Shown here piece by piece: positions 6,419 through 16,880 of a stretch of 40,887 bases of DNA (within the stretch, counting starts at the first letter, position 1; each line of letters opens with the position of its first letter). The translations under genes were made by a program, and so were the position numbers. The stretch comes from a virus. The notes under the pieces were generated by a model. The model was not told where the DNA came from. It did not search any database and saw only the letters and a list, made by a program, of their open reading frames with translations. The stretch lies in IMG/VR virus record IMGVR_UViG_3300045988_136193. One strand, written 5' to 3'.

Positions 6419-7678
6419 TTAAATAACTCCACCAACTATTTCATCGGTAGTTGAATCATCAGGAGTACCGCCAAAAATTTCAGCATAGCCAAGCAATTCC
6501 TCAGCCTCAGCAAGAGCATTATATGTGTTTGACTCGCTGGTTGCCGCCGCGGTTGCACTCTTTGCCGCCGCGGTTGCACTTGCGTCAACAAGTGTTTGTT
6601 TTTCCGCCGCGTTCGTATTAAAATCTGCGAGTTTTCCAGCTGTATAAGCGTCAATTTTTGGTTCAATAGTATTGGAAACATAGTTATTGATATTGGTCTT
6701 CACCGTACTATTCACATAACTTTCAATACTAGGCTTTGTTGTGTTATTCACATACGCAACAATATTGGGCTTTGTTGTTCTTTCTATGTAACTGTCTATT
6801 TGCCCTTGCGTGGTATTTACAACATAATTATCAATATTTATTTGTGCCGCCTCTGTAACAGTTGCCTCCGCAGTCTCTAGCACCTCTTTCGCCGCCGCAA
6901 TAGCCGCCGCCTCCACATCTTCTGTTGCTTGTGTAATAGCGCTTTGAATATTTGCCTCCGCAGTTTCAACAGTTTGCGAAACACTTGCCTCAGCCGCACT
7001 AACAGCATTATTTACCTCAGCAATAGCTGTATCTTTTGTGTTATTGATTGCTGTTGTAGCCGACGTTTTTGTTTCGTTAATTTCGTTTTTTGCGGCATTA
7101 ACATAAGCTGTAACCTCAATAAGCGTTTTCTCCGCGCTTTCAACTGCCGCGGTTGCATTATCGGCGGCAGTTGTAGCCTCGTTTGCCGCCGCTATTGCTT
7201 GCCCAGCCACTTCGGTTGCACTATCTAGCTTGCTATAAACTTCCTTTAACAAATCCTCAGGAGTTTGATTGCCGGAAATAGTAACCTTTAAACAGCGATC
7301 AATAATTTCTTGATGTTGCTTTAGTATAGCCGTTATTTTATCAAAAGCGGTTTCTATTGATTCAGACGGCAAGCGTCCAAATTCTTTATAATCTGTAAGT
7401 TGTTCAATCGGTATATTATATATAATTGTCAGCTTATACCCAGACAAAGGCGCAACAAGCATTGTCAGTGTGCCATTAACCACGCCAGCGTCAGTAATTG
7501 TAAAGTCGGTATTTTCCCTCTTTACAACTTCATTTTTGCCGTCAGCGTCAGCCAACACAACTTTAATCTGCTTTGTGCCATCATCATTTGCGAAATAAAT
7601 AAACGGCACCGGGAAATTAACCGTTACACCATCGCCAGTATAAACAGCCCTTACAGGCATACTTGCAGGTATAGTCAT
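6419..7678 (-). CDS. Tail fiber protein with a T7 gp17-like N-terminal tail-attachment domain
   Basis: The N-terminus reads VYTGDGVTVNFPVPFIYF. An Ala-rich coiled shaft follows, then tandem ~13-aa repeats (xYVxNTxxPxIxx). Confidence 0.7.
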   Translation of the reverse strand: MTIPASMPVRAVYTGDGVTVNFPVPFIYFANDDGTKQIKVVLADADGKNEVVKRENTDFTITDAGVVNGTLTMLVAPLSGYKLTIIYNIPIEQLTDYKEFGRLPSESIETAFDKITAILKQHQEIIDRCLKVTISGNQTPEDLLKEVYSKLDSATEVAGQAIAAANEATTAADNATAAVESAEKTLIEVTAYVNAAKNEINETKTSATTAINNTKDTAIAEVNNAVSAAEASVSQTVETAEANIQSAITQATEDVEAAAIAAAKEVLETAEATVTEAAQINIDNYVVNTTQGQIDSYIERTTKPNIVAYVNNTTKPSIESYVNSTVKTNINNYVSNTIEPKIDAYTAGKLADFNTNAAEKQTLVDASATAAAKSATAAATSESNTYNALAEAEELLGYAEIFGGTPDDSTTDEIVGGVI

Positions 7679-7760
7679 TATATCTTTCCTTTTCTAAAAG
7701 AGTTGAAATAAAAAAAGAGCGGCAAGTTGCCTTAACCGCTTAACCCAAAACATAATAATA

Positions 7761-7786
7761 AAAGGCGGTGTACCACCACCGCCTTT
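7761..7786 (-). terminator. Rho-independent terminator after the giant gene
   Basis: A 10-bp stem aaaggcggtg/caccgccttt with a 6-nt loop is followed on the minus strand by a U-rich tract (ttattattatgtttt). Confidence 0.6.
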
Positions 7787-10700
7787 ATTCATCATCAGAA
7801 TCCCTTAATGAATACGGACTCCAGCCAAGCCACAACAATAACTCTTTGCCATATTCGCCCTCGTCGGCGTATTCACCGGCATTTTCCGCAACATCTTTGG
7901 CATATTTAAGCGGCAAGCCGGTAACTTCACCAATAGGCTTAATAACGTCTAACACGTCCTCAAGATCCATTTCGTCATCAGCGAACTTTAGTAAATCGTT
8001 TTTTAAATCCTCTATTGAACCCCAAAACGGCACTAAATCGCGCACAGACATACGTGTTGTGAACATATTACTGTTGTCCGTTATCCAGTTATAAACGTTT
8101 TCAAGCACTTTGTTGAGAATAAACCAACCATTGAGCGAACCAAGAACAGCGGCGCGCAAGTCATTATCTTTGTCCCATCTAAAGCCATCACTCACAACTT
8201 GAAAGAATACCGGCAATAAAACGTGATATATAAATATTGTTTTTGCCGCTTTAGCTTTACTCATTCTACCTGTTGCCAAACCGCGTATTGCGTTAATTTC
8301 CTTACGTAAATACTGGTTTTGCGAGCTGGTGAACATCGTAAATGCACGCAGTGCCGAGTTGCTTTGCATATAGCTTTGTTGGCTCAAGCGTCCAGATTGT
8401 TGCGTTTCGTCCGTTATCCGCTCAAAAGCCTCAAGCGCTTTGGTTTTCGCCTCTTTTTCACTCATACCGGCTTTCAAGTTTTTATTCAATTCAGACTTAT
8501 AGAGCGCCCAGCCACCCATATAAATTGCGCCTCTATCGCCAAACTTAATGTTAAACATCAGCAAATCATTCCATTTGATTTTGCCTTTTGCCTTTTTCAT
8601 TTTAGCAAATAGATTGCTTTTACTTATTTGATCGAAGTCGCGGATAATATCCGTGTCGCGCGTTTTCATTAAAGTTGTGCCGCCAAGCGTCCGCATAGCC
8701 TCTTTCGGGTGTGCAAAAAAGTCAGCCACACCGGCAATAAAATCCTTTGTGCTTACATTTTCCCAATAAGCAGGGAAAGAGGTAAGCTGTTTTATTGCCA
8801 AACTAGGTTTAACTGCCAGCACCGACTTAGCGTAATTTGCGCGCACTTTATTCCACCTTTTACCCCAAACGTCAACTTTATCATTGCCATTGTTGGCAAG
8901 GTTGTCAATTTCATAAGCTATGCGTTTATTCATTTCTGCCCCAAACAAAGAATTTATGATGCCTTTAACATCCTTATTTGCCAGTACAGCGTTAATATCG
9001 GTCAGTTTATCCATATAGCCCATATAATGATTTTGCTGGTTAATATATTTATTCAAAGCCCTGAATGCACCTTGAATATTGATAACACCAGTACCGGCAA
9101 CCGCCACTCTTTTCTTAGCGCCGCTAAAGCTAGCGTAGCCGTGTGTGGTTTTATCGTCAATCGTTACACCGTCAACGCTCATTGCACGTGGTGTGTAATA
9201 CTTTGACTTAGGCAGGCTCATACCGAAATGTTCTTCATAAAAGGCATTAAACCGCTCATAATTTTCATTATAAAACTCAAATATAGCGTCAGCCACCGCC
9301 AAATCATCAGTGGTTAATTCGTCTTTAACCTTATTTAAGAACGCTTTATTGTATTGATTGACAGGATCGTTAATCATAATCTCACGCGTGTCATCATCCA
9401 AAGACTTCATATAAATATCTATAAGTTGGTCTTTGGTAAACGTGCGCTTGAACGGTTGCCATTTTTGATATTTTGGATTCCGTTCTTTTGGATCAATTAA
9501 GCCGCTCCATTCAATCACAATCTTTTTATCCAACTCAGTGTTCATATAGTGTGTAACACTTTGCGCGTTGTTCATTGTGCCGGATAAAAACTTTTCCAGT
9601 TTTTGGCTGATAAGCTCACTATCTGCCGCAATTCCGGCATATTTCTTTTGTTCTGCCTCAAACATATCTAAATCATCTGATAACGCAGATTTTCCAGTTT
9701 GCGAACGTTTATCATTCATAGAAAGCGTATCAAGTAAGCCGCCCCAGCTTTGCTGTGTCAAGCCAAAACGCGCCAACCGTTTCTTGATTTCCGAGCTTTC
9801 AATGTTCGGATTGATTGCGCCATAGTTGGTTAAAACATTTTTAGCGCGCTCAATCATTTGTTTTTTGCGTTCACGCTTTGCATCGCCGGTGATTTTATCA
9901 GTCAGCCGCCCCATATTGTAGCTTTCAGCCAAGCCGTCATACAGCTTTAAGAGTTCATTGTTGCTAATTTTGCCTAAGTTATAAGAGAGTAGGCGGTTTT
10001 CAAAAATCAGCTGTTCAATATCAACATCACCGCCGGATTTCATTTGTTCCTCAATCAAATCAACGTTTTCTTGTAGTTTTTGCTTAGCCTCATCTTTGTT
10101 CATTGTCGCCAATTCACGATAACGAGCAAAAGCGTCATTAAGCCCTTTGCTTGGAAAACGTCCAACAAGTTTGCCGCCGTTTGTACGCGGTTCACTCCAT
10201 TTAAGCAGTTTTTCAACTCTAGCTTTGACCTTATCACGGTTAAAGTTTAAGCCGTCCAGTTGATTGCGTAAAACAGTATAGTCCCATTCAGTCAACACCT
10301 CTCTGTTATTCTTAGCCGGTTTGTTTTCAAACTCTTTTAGAGCCTCCACAAACTCTTTATTTTTCATACCGTTACGGAGTTTTTGAATAAGGTTTTGCAT
10401 ATCCGCCTTACTCATTTTGCCCTCATAAAGCATTTGCATAGCACGGTTGGTTTGCCATTGTGAGATATTGCCGCGCTCCAGCATTTGCCCCATTTTAAGC
10501 GTGCTTGCTTGCATAGCAAAATCTAAGCCTTTACCGCCCAGCATTTCATCAAAGGTTGCACGCACTTCGTCCGTAACCTTAATACCACTCAGGCGCTTTA
10601 CCTCATACCAAAGACTACTAATCCACTTCTTAAAGCGAGCAAATGCACCCTTTAAAATTTGGTTAGGCGTACGCCCATCGAGCAAATAAACCTCAAACGT

Positions 10701-13700
10701 ATCAGCAAACTTTTCTTCTTGTTCACGTGTCAGCGTGCCGTTTTCAACCCCAAGATATTTATAAATTTCAGCCAACTGTTCAGCCGTCTTTGGATTATCA
10801 GCAAATTTTTGCATATCGTGTAAAAAGAAGTGTCCGAGTTCGTGAATAACCGTTGACGCGTCCGCGTTTTCAAAGGCAAAAATAATGTTTTCATCGCCGC
10901 GTTCAACAAACGCCCCACGCGGAGAAACACCATCTCCGGTTGTTTTTTGATATAGCCGATAATTATTTTCAGGATCAACTTCTATTGTCTTAAATAATCT
11001 ATCAAATGCGGCATCTATATTTGCACGTTCCATTTCATCTGCAGGATAGATCGGCAGCATATAATCGTCCATATTTACTGTTTCACCAGATTTTTCAGCT
11101 CTCCCCAAAGCCGTTAAATACTCGTTTACATCTAAGATACTAAGTTTTGCATGCCCATCCAAAAAGTAATTAAACCAACCATTGGACGCAATTTTATCAT
11201 TTATATAGCTTGCAAAAGCTCTTGCCCCCAATTCTGTTTGCTTTGTCCAATATCCTTTTCTATCTTTAGTTGCTCTGTTTAGCTTATTAGCAGTATCATA
11301 GTATTTACTAACTTTGCGCCAAGAACTAGTACTTTCATCTAAAGTGCCTAGTTGCTTTAATTTATATTGTAAATCAAAAAATATTGCGGCCAAGTCCGCT
11401 GTGCGGCGGCGTTCCTCAATCATATCTTGGAAGTCATTTAGATATTGTTTGCTTTTACTACTGTCATAATTTTTTCCCATTGCCACTAAATTATCAATAA
11501 ACTTATTGATTTCCGCCGAATTTTTTGCTTTTTCAAACTTTGTTTTTATTTCATTGGCACGATAGTCAATAATGCGTTTTATGTGTGAAACTTGGGCTTT
11601 ATATCGGCTTTCAACTTCTGCATCAGACATATCTGCTGTTGAAATTTGGTTATAAAGATTGCGAATAGCATCGTATGTTTCTGAGCGCAAATTTCCTTGT
11701 TTTTCTAGTTCTAGGGAGGGTGTACCACTAAAGTCTTTTCCCAAAGACTGATCGCCAAAATAATAATCTAAAGCGTGCCACCATTCATGAGCTAATGAAC
11801 CGGCACCATTTTTGCGAGTAAGGTTTATTTCATTAAATTCTGGTATAAAATGCCCAGCAGTACCGGCACGACCTTGCGCACCAAATGCAAGCCCCAATTT
11901 CCCCTCTAATCCTATTGCTTTAGGTGGTATTCCCAATATTTCAGTCATATCCAGTAAGCTATCATAAGTTAAATTCAAAAATTCTTGCCGTTCTGATTGC
12001 TTAGTCCAATTTCCAAAATTGATTCCTCTAAAGCCAAATGTTTCCATTAAAGCCCCTGGATTAACATTTTGATTGTTTTGCCGGCGAGGCAATCCTTTAC
12101 GCATGCCAGAAAATTCAACAGTTTCTCCTTGTCCTTTAAGGTATGGCTTAACCAATTCATAAGCATTTTTTGCAAATTCAGCCGCTTTTTCTTCTGTGCT
12201 AAAATTTAAATCACGTGAAATTGATTTACCATTGTTATCAACAACAAACCAACCATCTTGGTATGCTTTTTTAACAACCATAAAATATTTTTGCCATGCC
12301 TCTTCAGCAGTTTTTGTTTTTTCCTTATCTTTGGGAGCTTTTTCAAAATCTTCAACAATAGAGTCAAGTTTAGTCAAATCATAGCCGGTTAGCATCATTG
12401 AGCTTATAAATTTATTGCCACCGGCGACCAACGCTTCGGCATTGTATTCTTTATTTTCTCTAAATATGCGGTTAGGAATTTTTTCTTCACTTGGAAAGAC
12501 ATTGTTCAGAATATCATAATTTATCCCCATATCTTCACGCCATGCGGCAATATCATCTTTATGTGTTTTGGCATATTCAATGGTTTTATCCATTGTTCTA
12601 TGTACAATATCATAAAAACGTTTGGAGTTTTGCAATGTATCATTGACATTTTTAGCTGGTTTTGCATTGATTGAGTTATAAACATAAATAACCAAAGCGG
12701 CAGCTCTGCCATTAACCCCCTGAACTTGCAATTTTTCAATGCTTGGTTTCGGATAAATATAATTTTTAGTAAGGTATTTATGGCGCAAAAGATCATTCAT
12801 TCCCTCTAATTCCGCCCAATTATACACTTTAGTATTGTGTTTAAGATTGCCTAACAAACTATCTCCGGTATCTTCAATTTGTTTTTTAGGTTTATATTCT
12901 TGTTCTATTTTTTTATTTTCACTTTTAGTGCTGAATAATGGCAGTTCTTTAGTTACACCATCTTGTTTTTCTGCATAAGAAAATAAATCATCAACTTGTT
13001 TTCTCACAGAAATAGGCAAAGGTTTTGCCTCATTGTTTATAGGATTTGCAAATAAATCACCGGTCAAATTATCGTTTTTACTACGTTGATAATATATATT
13101 AGGGTTATTAACATCAAAATGGCCACTATTATTTACAGATTTTATTTGATTAGGCTCAAACGCTCCATATATATTATATTTTGGAATAATTAAACCATTA
13201 TATCCTGCTTGTTGCATTTTTTCAGAAAAAAACTCTGGATTTTCAGACCTATATCCAAGAACATACTTTGCCCAGGAATCATTGACCCCTATGTCTTTTT
13301 TTGGCAAAAAACTTTTACCCAAAATGTCTTCAAGTTGCAAAGCACCCGCTTTATTTTTTAACACAAATGGATTTTTTAATTGTAGGTATACTGGCATAGA
13401 AACACTATAGCCTTTTTGCTTTATCCACTCATCCCCTTTACCAAAATAGAACATTTGCCCCCAATAACTTCCTTTTCCTATTTTGCTCTTATCAAAAGTA
13501 TCAAACTCTGCATTTGTTCCGTGATACACAACAAGCGGTCTACCCTGTTTATCAACAACTTTGCTATCACCAAACCATTCATAAAAGGCGCGCAAACCCT
13601 CCGCGGTTTTTGCTATACGATTGCCGTTACTGTTGGTTGCCCACCGGTCAACACCATTTATACTTATCTTTTCGTCTATATAAGTGTTGACAAAATCAAT

Positions 13701-16700
13701 TAAATCATCTATAATAACATCATTACCGCTGTTGTTTGCGACTGTCGCTTTCGCGCCTGCCGCGAAGTTCCCCAGGGAATTTCCAGCGGTATTTGTTTTA
13801 CCAACTTTTAAATCATAAGCGGCAAGGTTTTTATCATTATTTCCCTCAATTTCTACATCAGTTAAATCTTTGCGCCCACCGGATAATTCTTTTACCGTAA
13901 TTTTTACAATATAAGTTTCAGCCGGCGAATCGTTGTCTTTTTGAGATTGTATAACATTTGCGTAACGATGTATCTTGTTTTTAGAGCCGTGTTTTTCGTC
14001 ATTATGCGTTTTAACCAGTATCGCACTATCAAATATATCAGCAATATTAGCAATGCACTCTTTGCCTAATATACCGCCAACATTACCGCCAAGCCGGTTG
14101 CTTGTTGACTTAAACATTTTGCTAAGCGCATTTTTAGATAAAGTAACTGTTTCACCTCTCGCGCTGTTTTTCAAAACACGCGCGCCGTTAGCGTTTCTCT
14201 TAACCTTAGTGTCCAGCGCGGCAACAACATCATCAAGGCTAATATCTTTGCTTTCGGCACGTTTAGCAAAAAAGCGGTTAATTTTAACCGCTTTTACTTT
14301 TTCGTTTTCTCTACCTTTGAGTTCAGGGTTTATATCCTTGCGCTCATATTCCAGCTTTTCCGCGTCAATTTTGCTTATCTTATCCGTCAAATCCTTAGCC
14401 TCTTGAAACAACGTAAAATCATCATCAATACTAACATCGTTTGCATTTGTCTCAGATTCATACTGTTTAGCATTCTTACTGTATTCCTCAGCCGCTTTGT
14501 TATAAGCCGCCTCAGCCTCCTCAGCACTCATACCTCTATAATCCACGCCAAGCATATCCATTTGTTCGGCAAGACTGTTGACATATTCAGTCATAGAAAA
14601 AGGGTTACCATCTTGGTATTGATAGTGTTTTTCACCAAACAGCTCAGTGCTTATTGCCTCCAATAAATCATTTATGGTTGGACGTTCAGAGTAAGAGGGG
14701 AAATATCCGTTTTCCCAAGCCGCCAGCGCAATATCATCAAAGCTATTGCCGGTTTTATTATTGATAAGCCCAATACGTTGTTTTTTTGCATCCATATTTT
14801 TTAACTCACCGCCAACATCTTTCAGTCCACCGCGCTTAATAATAAATGTAATCAAGCTGTCGCCTTTGTTTTCCTTTTCAATTTTAGCAATCTTGTTATA
14901 CAGCCTATCATCGACCAAAGCCTCAAACGGATTAACATTTTGCGGATTGATTCGCTTAGATTTTTTAACGTTTTCTACTTCTTCTTTAAAGTTCAAAACG
15001 CCCATAATGGTTTGCACGCGCTTGTTAATAGCCTTAACAGATTCCTCAGCGCCTTTTGTTTCAAACCATTTTTTTGCCATTTCAGCGTTGAAATTTGCCT
15101 TATTCAAATCACCATAGCGCGCACGAGCGGCAATACCTTTGCGTAACGCTTTTTTCTGTTCCGATGTCCAGTTTTCCGGCACAACACTCATAATGTCATC
15201 AATTTGTCGTTGACGCAGGGCATAGTTATCCGTAACCGGCACACCTCTCGAAAAGTCCTCATAGCTTTGCCGTGTCAGATTCAAATTCCAGCGCTTACGT
15301 ACCTCCTCCGTGCTAACACCCTCAGCCCTAGCAATCGCAACAGCACGCGCCGCCAAAACGCGCGCCGCATTATCAGTAATCGCGCGATCATAACCGGCAA
15401 CGTCCATTTTATCAAAGTATTCATTATAAGTTTCATTAAAGCCATTACGCGCGTCAATATAGTTTGCGGCAATATCAATGGTTTTGTTAATATCCTCATC
15501 ACTCATACCGTATTTTTCTTTAAGCATAGCACGTGTATCAGCAGTCAGACTTTCAGCAGTCAAACCGTCCGGCATAACATCAATCTCAGATTCTTTGCGT
15601 AACAGATTTGTAATTTGTTCGTCATAAGCCGCGCCCTGTTGCAACAAAGCATCTTGCACATTGTCAGCTACAACTTGCAATTCTTCATTAGTTAATTCCG
15701 GCGTATTTTCTTTCAAAATGTTCTTAATTGCCGTATTATCTTTGGTAATTTTTTGGTTATATATGCTTGTGCCTATACCGCCCATACCGGCACCGGGAAC
15801 AGCACCGGCGGCAAAAGCAAACAAACTTTGGCTTAAAATCTCGTCCATACTGTAACTGGAAACATCATTATAGTTTTCCCACAGCATACCAGCGCCCTCT
15901 TGCATAAATTCCTCGCCGCCCTCAGTAACAGCGCCTTTAACCGCCGCGCCGAAAATGCTTTGAGGGTGTCGGGAGGCAATTTTACCGATAGCCGAGCGTC
16001 CGACTTTGCTTTTTAAGGTTTTAGCAATAGACGAGTTAATAACTTTATTGCCGAGCTGTTGAATAGGTTTCACCTTACCAATACCGAGCAAAAGCCTATC
16101 ACCCACAAATTCAAGTCCGCCCTCAATCGCACCGGCAACCGTAGCGTCCGTGCTTGCGTCATTTGCGCTTTCACCGGCGGCAACTGCCTTGTCAAAATAC
16201 TCAGTATCTTTAAGTGCCGCATAGGTTGTGCCTATTGCCGCCGCGGCAACAGTTGGGTTTTTTGTAGCTAAAGCCACCGCCGCCGCCTCCGCAGTGCTTA
16301 CAATACCGCTACTTGCGGCAATAAAAAACTTGTCGGCATTATCCAGCTTTTCATCAGGACGCATAATTTGTGCGCCTTTGTTGAAAAACTTTTGCGCGCG
16401 TTCTCTTAGATTTTGGATATAGGCAATTTTTTCCTTTTGCCGACGGATAATATTTTGCTTTTCTTCATCGCTAAATTCTTTATCACCAAAAAAGCTCCAA
16501 TCGCCATTTTCCCAATCCTCAACAAGTTTCATACGCTTTTGGTATCTCAAGCCCTTATCAAGCACAAGAGAATCCACTAATTGCCCAGTGTGTTCAACAG
16601 CTGCGCGGTTAAAGTCTTGAAAAACTTCCTCTATGGATTCGCCCGCAATTTGTGTGCCTGTCCACACCTTACCAAAGAAAGAGTCTTTATTTTTGCCGCC

Positions 16701-16880
16701 GTGTTGCGTATCAATCGCAAATTTAGCGTCAGTTGCGTCCATTCCGAGCGGCACATTATACATTTGTTGGGTTTCAGCGTCCATAACAGATTGAGTCATA
16801 GGCTCACTATTCTCAATTTCCCATCGCGGTTGAACAGCTTTATTGTCCGTTGTAACTGTATTTTCAATTTCCCAAGCCAT
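7785..16880 (-). CDS. Giant 3031-aa virion/ejection-associated polyvalent protein
   Basis: A single uninterrupted ORF of 9.1 kb. The motif VVYHGTNAEFDTFD...SYWGQMFYF...YGAFEP suggests an H-Y-E class ADP-ribosyltransferase-like domain. LAHEWWHALDYY and VIHELGHFF are two HExxH zincin motifs. Its position matches the T7 gp16 internal-core protein slot. Its start is translationally coupled (TAATG) to the upstream gene. Confidence 0.85.
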   Translation of the reverse strand: MAWEIENTVTTDNKAVQPRWEIENSEPMTQSVMDAETQQMYNVPLGMDATDAKFAIDTQHGGKNKDSFFGKVWTGTQIAGESIEEVFQDFNRAAVEHTGQLVDSLVLDKGLRYQKRMKLVEDWENGDWSFFGDKEFSDEEKQNIIRRQKEKIAYIQNLRERAQKFFNKGAQIMRPDEKLDNADKFFIAASSGIVSTAEAAAVALATKNPTVAAAAIGTTYAALKDTEYFDKAVAAGESANDASTDATVAGAIEGGLEFVGDRLLLGIGKVKPIQQLGNKVINSSIAKTLKSKVGRSAIGKIASRHPQSIFGAAVKGAVTEGGEEFMQEGAGMLWENYNDVSSYSMDEILSQSLFAFAAGAVPGAGMGGIGTSIYNQKITKDNTAIKNILKENTPELTNEELQVVADNVQDALLQQGAAYDEQITNLLRKESEIDVMPDGLTAESLTADTRAMLKEKYGMSDEDINKTIDIAANYIDARNGFNETYNEYFDKMDVAGYDRAITDNAARVLAARAVAIARAEGVSTEEVRKRWNLNLTRQSYEDFSRGVPVTDNYALRQRQIDDIMSVVPENWTSEQKKALRKGIAARARYGDLNKANFNAEMAKKWFETKGAEESVKAINKRVQTIMGVLNFKEEVENVKKSKRINPQNVNPFEALVDDRLYNKIAKIEKENKGDSLITFIIKRGGLKDVGGELKNMDAKKQRIGLINNKTGNSFDDIALAAWENGYFPSYSERPTINDLLEAISTELFGEKHYQYQDGNPFSMTEYVNSLAEQMDMLGVDYRGMSAEEAEAAYNKAAEEYSKNAKQYESETNANDVSIDDDFTLFQEAKDLTDKISKIDAEKLEYERKDINPELKGRENEKVKAVKINRFFAKRAESKDISLDDVVAALDTKVKRNANGARVLKNSARGETVTLSKNALSKMFKSTSNRLGGNVGGILGKECIANIADIFDSAILVKTHNDEKHGSKNKIHRYANVIQSQKDNDSPAETYIVKITVKELSGGRKDLTDVEIEGNNDKNLAAYDLKVGKTNTAGNSLGNFAAGAKATVANNSGNDVIIDDLIDFVNTYIDEKISINGVDRWATNSNGNRIAKTAEGLRAFYEWFGDSKVVDKQGRPLVVYHGTNAEFDTFDKSKIGKGSYWGQMFYFGKGDEWIKQKGYSVSMPVYLQLKNPFVLKNKAGALQLEDILGKSFLPKKDIGVNDSWAKYVLGYRSENPEFFSEKMQQAGYNGLIIPKYNIYGAFEPNQIKSVNNSGHFDVNNPNIYYQRSKNDNLTGDLFANPINNEAKPLPISVRKQVDDLFSYAEKQDGVTKELPLFSTKSENKKIEQEYKPKKQIEDTGDSLLGNLKHNTKVYNWAELEGMNDLLRHKYLTKNYIYPKPSIEKLQVQGVNGRAAALVIYVYNSINAKPAKNVNDTLQNSKRFYDIVHRTMDKTIEYAKTHKDDIAAWREDMGINYDILNNVFPSEEKIPNRIFRENKEYNAEALVAGGNKFISSMMLTGYDLTKLDSIVEDFEKAPKDKEKTKTAEEAWQKYFMVVKKAYQDGWFVVDNNGKSISRDLNFSTEEKAAEFAKNAYELVKPYLKGQGETVEFSGMRKGLPRRQNNQNVNPGALMETFGFRGINFGNWTKQSERQEFLNLTYDSLLDMTEILGIPPKAIGLEGKLGLAFGAQGRAGTAGHFIPEFNEINLTRKNGAGSLAHEWWHALDYYFGDQSLGKDFSGTPSLELEKQGNLRSETYDAIRNLYNQISTADMSDAEVESRYKAQVSHIKRIIDYRANEIKTKFEKAKNSAEINKFIDNLVAMGKNYDSSKSKQYLNDFQDMIEERRRTADLAAIFFDLQYKLKQLGTLDESTSSWRKVSKYYDTANKLNRATKDRKGYWTKQTELGARAFASYINDKIASNGWFNYFLDGHAKLSILDVNEYLTALGRAEKSGETVNMDDYMLPIYPADEMERANIDAAFDRLFKTIEVDPENNYRLYQKTTGDGVSPRGAFVERGDENIIFAFENADASTVIHELGHFFLHDMQKFADNPKTAEQLAEIYKYLGVENGTLTREQEEKFADTFEVYLLDGRTPNQILKGAFARFKKWISSLWYEVKRLSGIKVTDEVRATFDEMLGGKGLDFAMQASTLKMGQMLERGNISQWQTNRAMQMLYEGKMSKADMQNLIQKLRNGMKNKEFVEALKEFENKPAKNNREVLTEWDYTVLRNQLDGLNFNRDKVKARVEKLLKWSEPRTNGGKLVGRFPSKGLNDAFARYRELATMNKDEAKQKLQENVDLIEEQMKSGGDVDIEQLIFENRLLSYNLGKISNNELLKLYDGLAESYNMGRLTDKITGDAKRERKKQMIERAKNVLTNYGAINPNIESSEIKKRLARFGLTQQSWGGLLDTLSMNDKRSQTGKSALSDDLDMFEAEQKKYAGIAADSELISQKLEKFLSGTMNNAQSVTHYMNTELDKKIVIEWSGLIDPKERNPKYQKWQPFKRTFTKDQLIDIYMKSLDDDTREIMINDPVNQYNKAFLNKVKDELTTDDLAVADAIFEFYNENYERFNAFYEEHFGMSLPKSKYYTPRAMSVDGVTIDDKTTHGYASFSGAKKRVAVAGTGVINIQGAFRALNKYINQQNHYMGYMDKLTDINAVLANKDVKGIINSLFGAEMNKRIAYEIDNLANNGNDKVDVWGKRWNKVRANYAKSVLAVKPSLAIKQLTSFPAYWENVSTKDFIAGVADFFAHPKEAMRTLGGTTLMKTRDTDIIRDFDQISKSNLFAKMKKAKGKIKWNDLLMFNIKFGDRGAIYMGGWALYKSELNKNLKAGMSEKEAKTKALEAFERITDETQQSGRLSQQSYMQSNSALRAFTMFTSSQNQYLRKEINAIRGLATGRMSKAKAAKTIFIYHVLLPVFFQVVSDGFRWDKDNDLRAAVLGSLNGWFILNKVLENVYNWITDNSNMFTTRMSVRDLVPFWGSIEDLKNDLLKFADDEMDLEDVLDVIKPIGEVTGLPLKYAKDVAENAGEYADEGEYGKELLLWLGWSPYSLRDSDDE

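Noticed and set aside
7785-16880. The giant ORF as a virion RNA polymerase, like N4 vRNAP or crAss-like tail RNAP
   Set aside because: By eye I found no DxDGD-type double-psi beta-barrel catalytic motifs. The zincin and ART-like motifs fit a polyvalent effector protein better. This needs profile searches to be sure.
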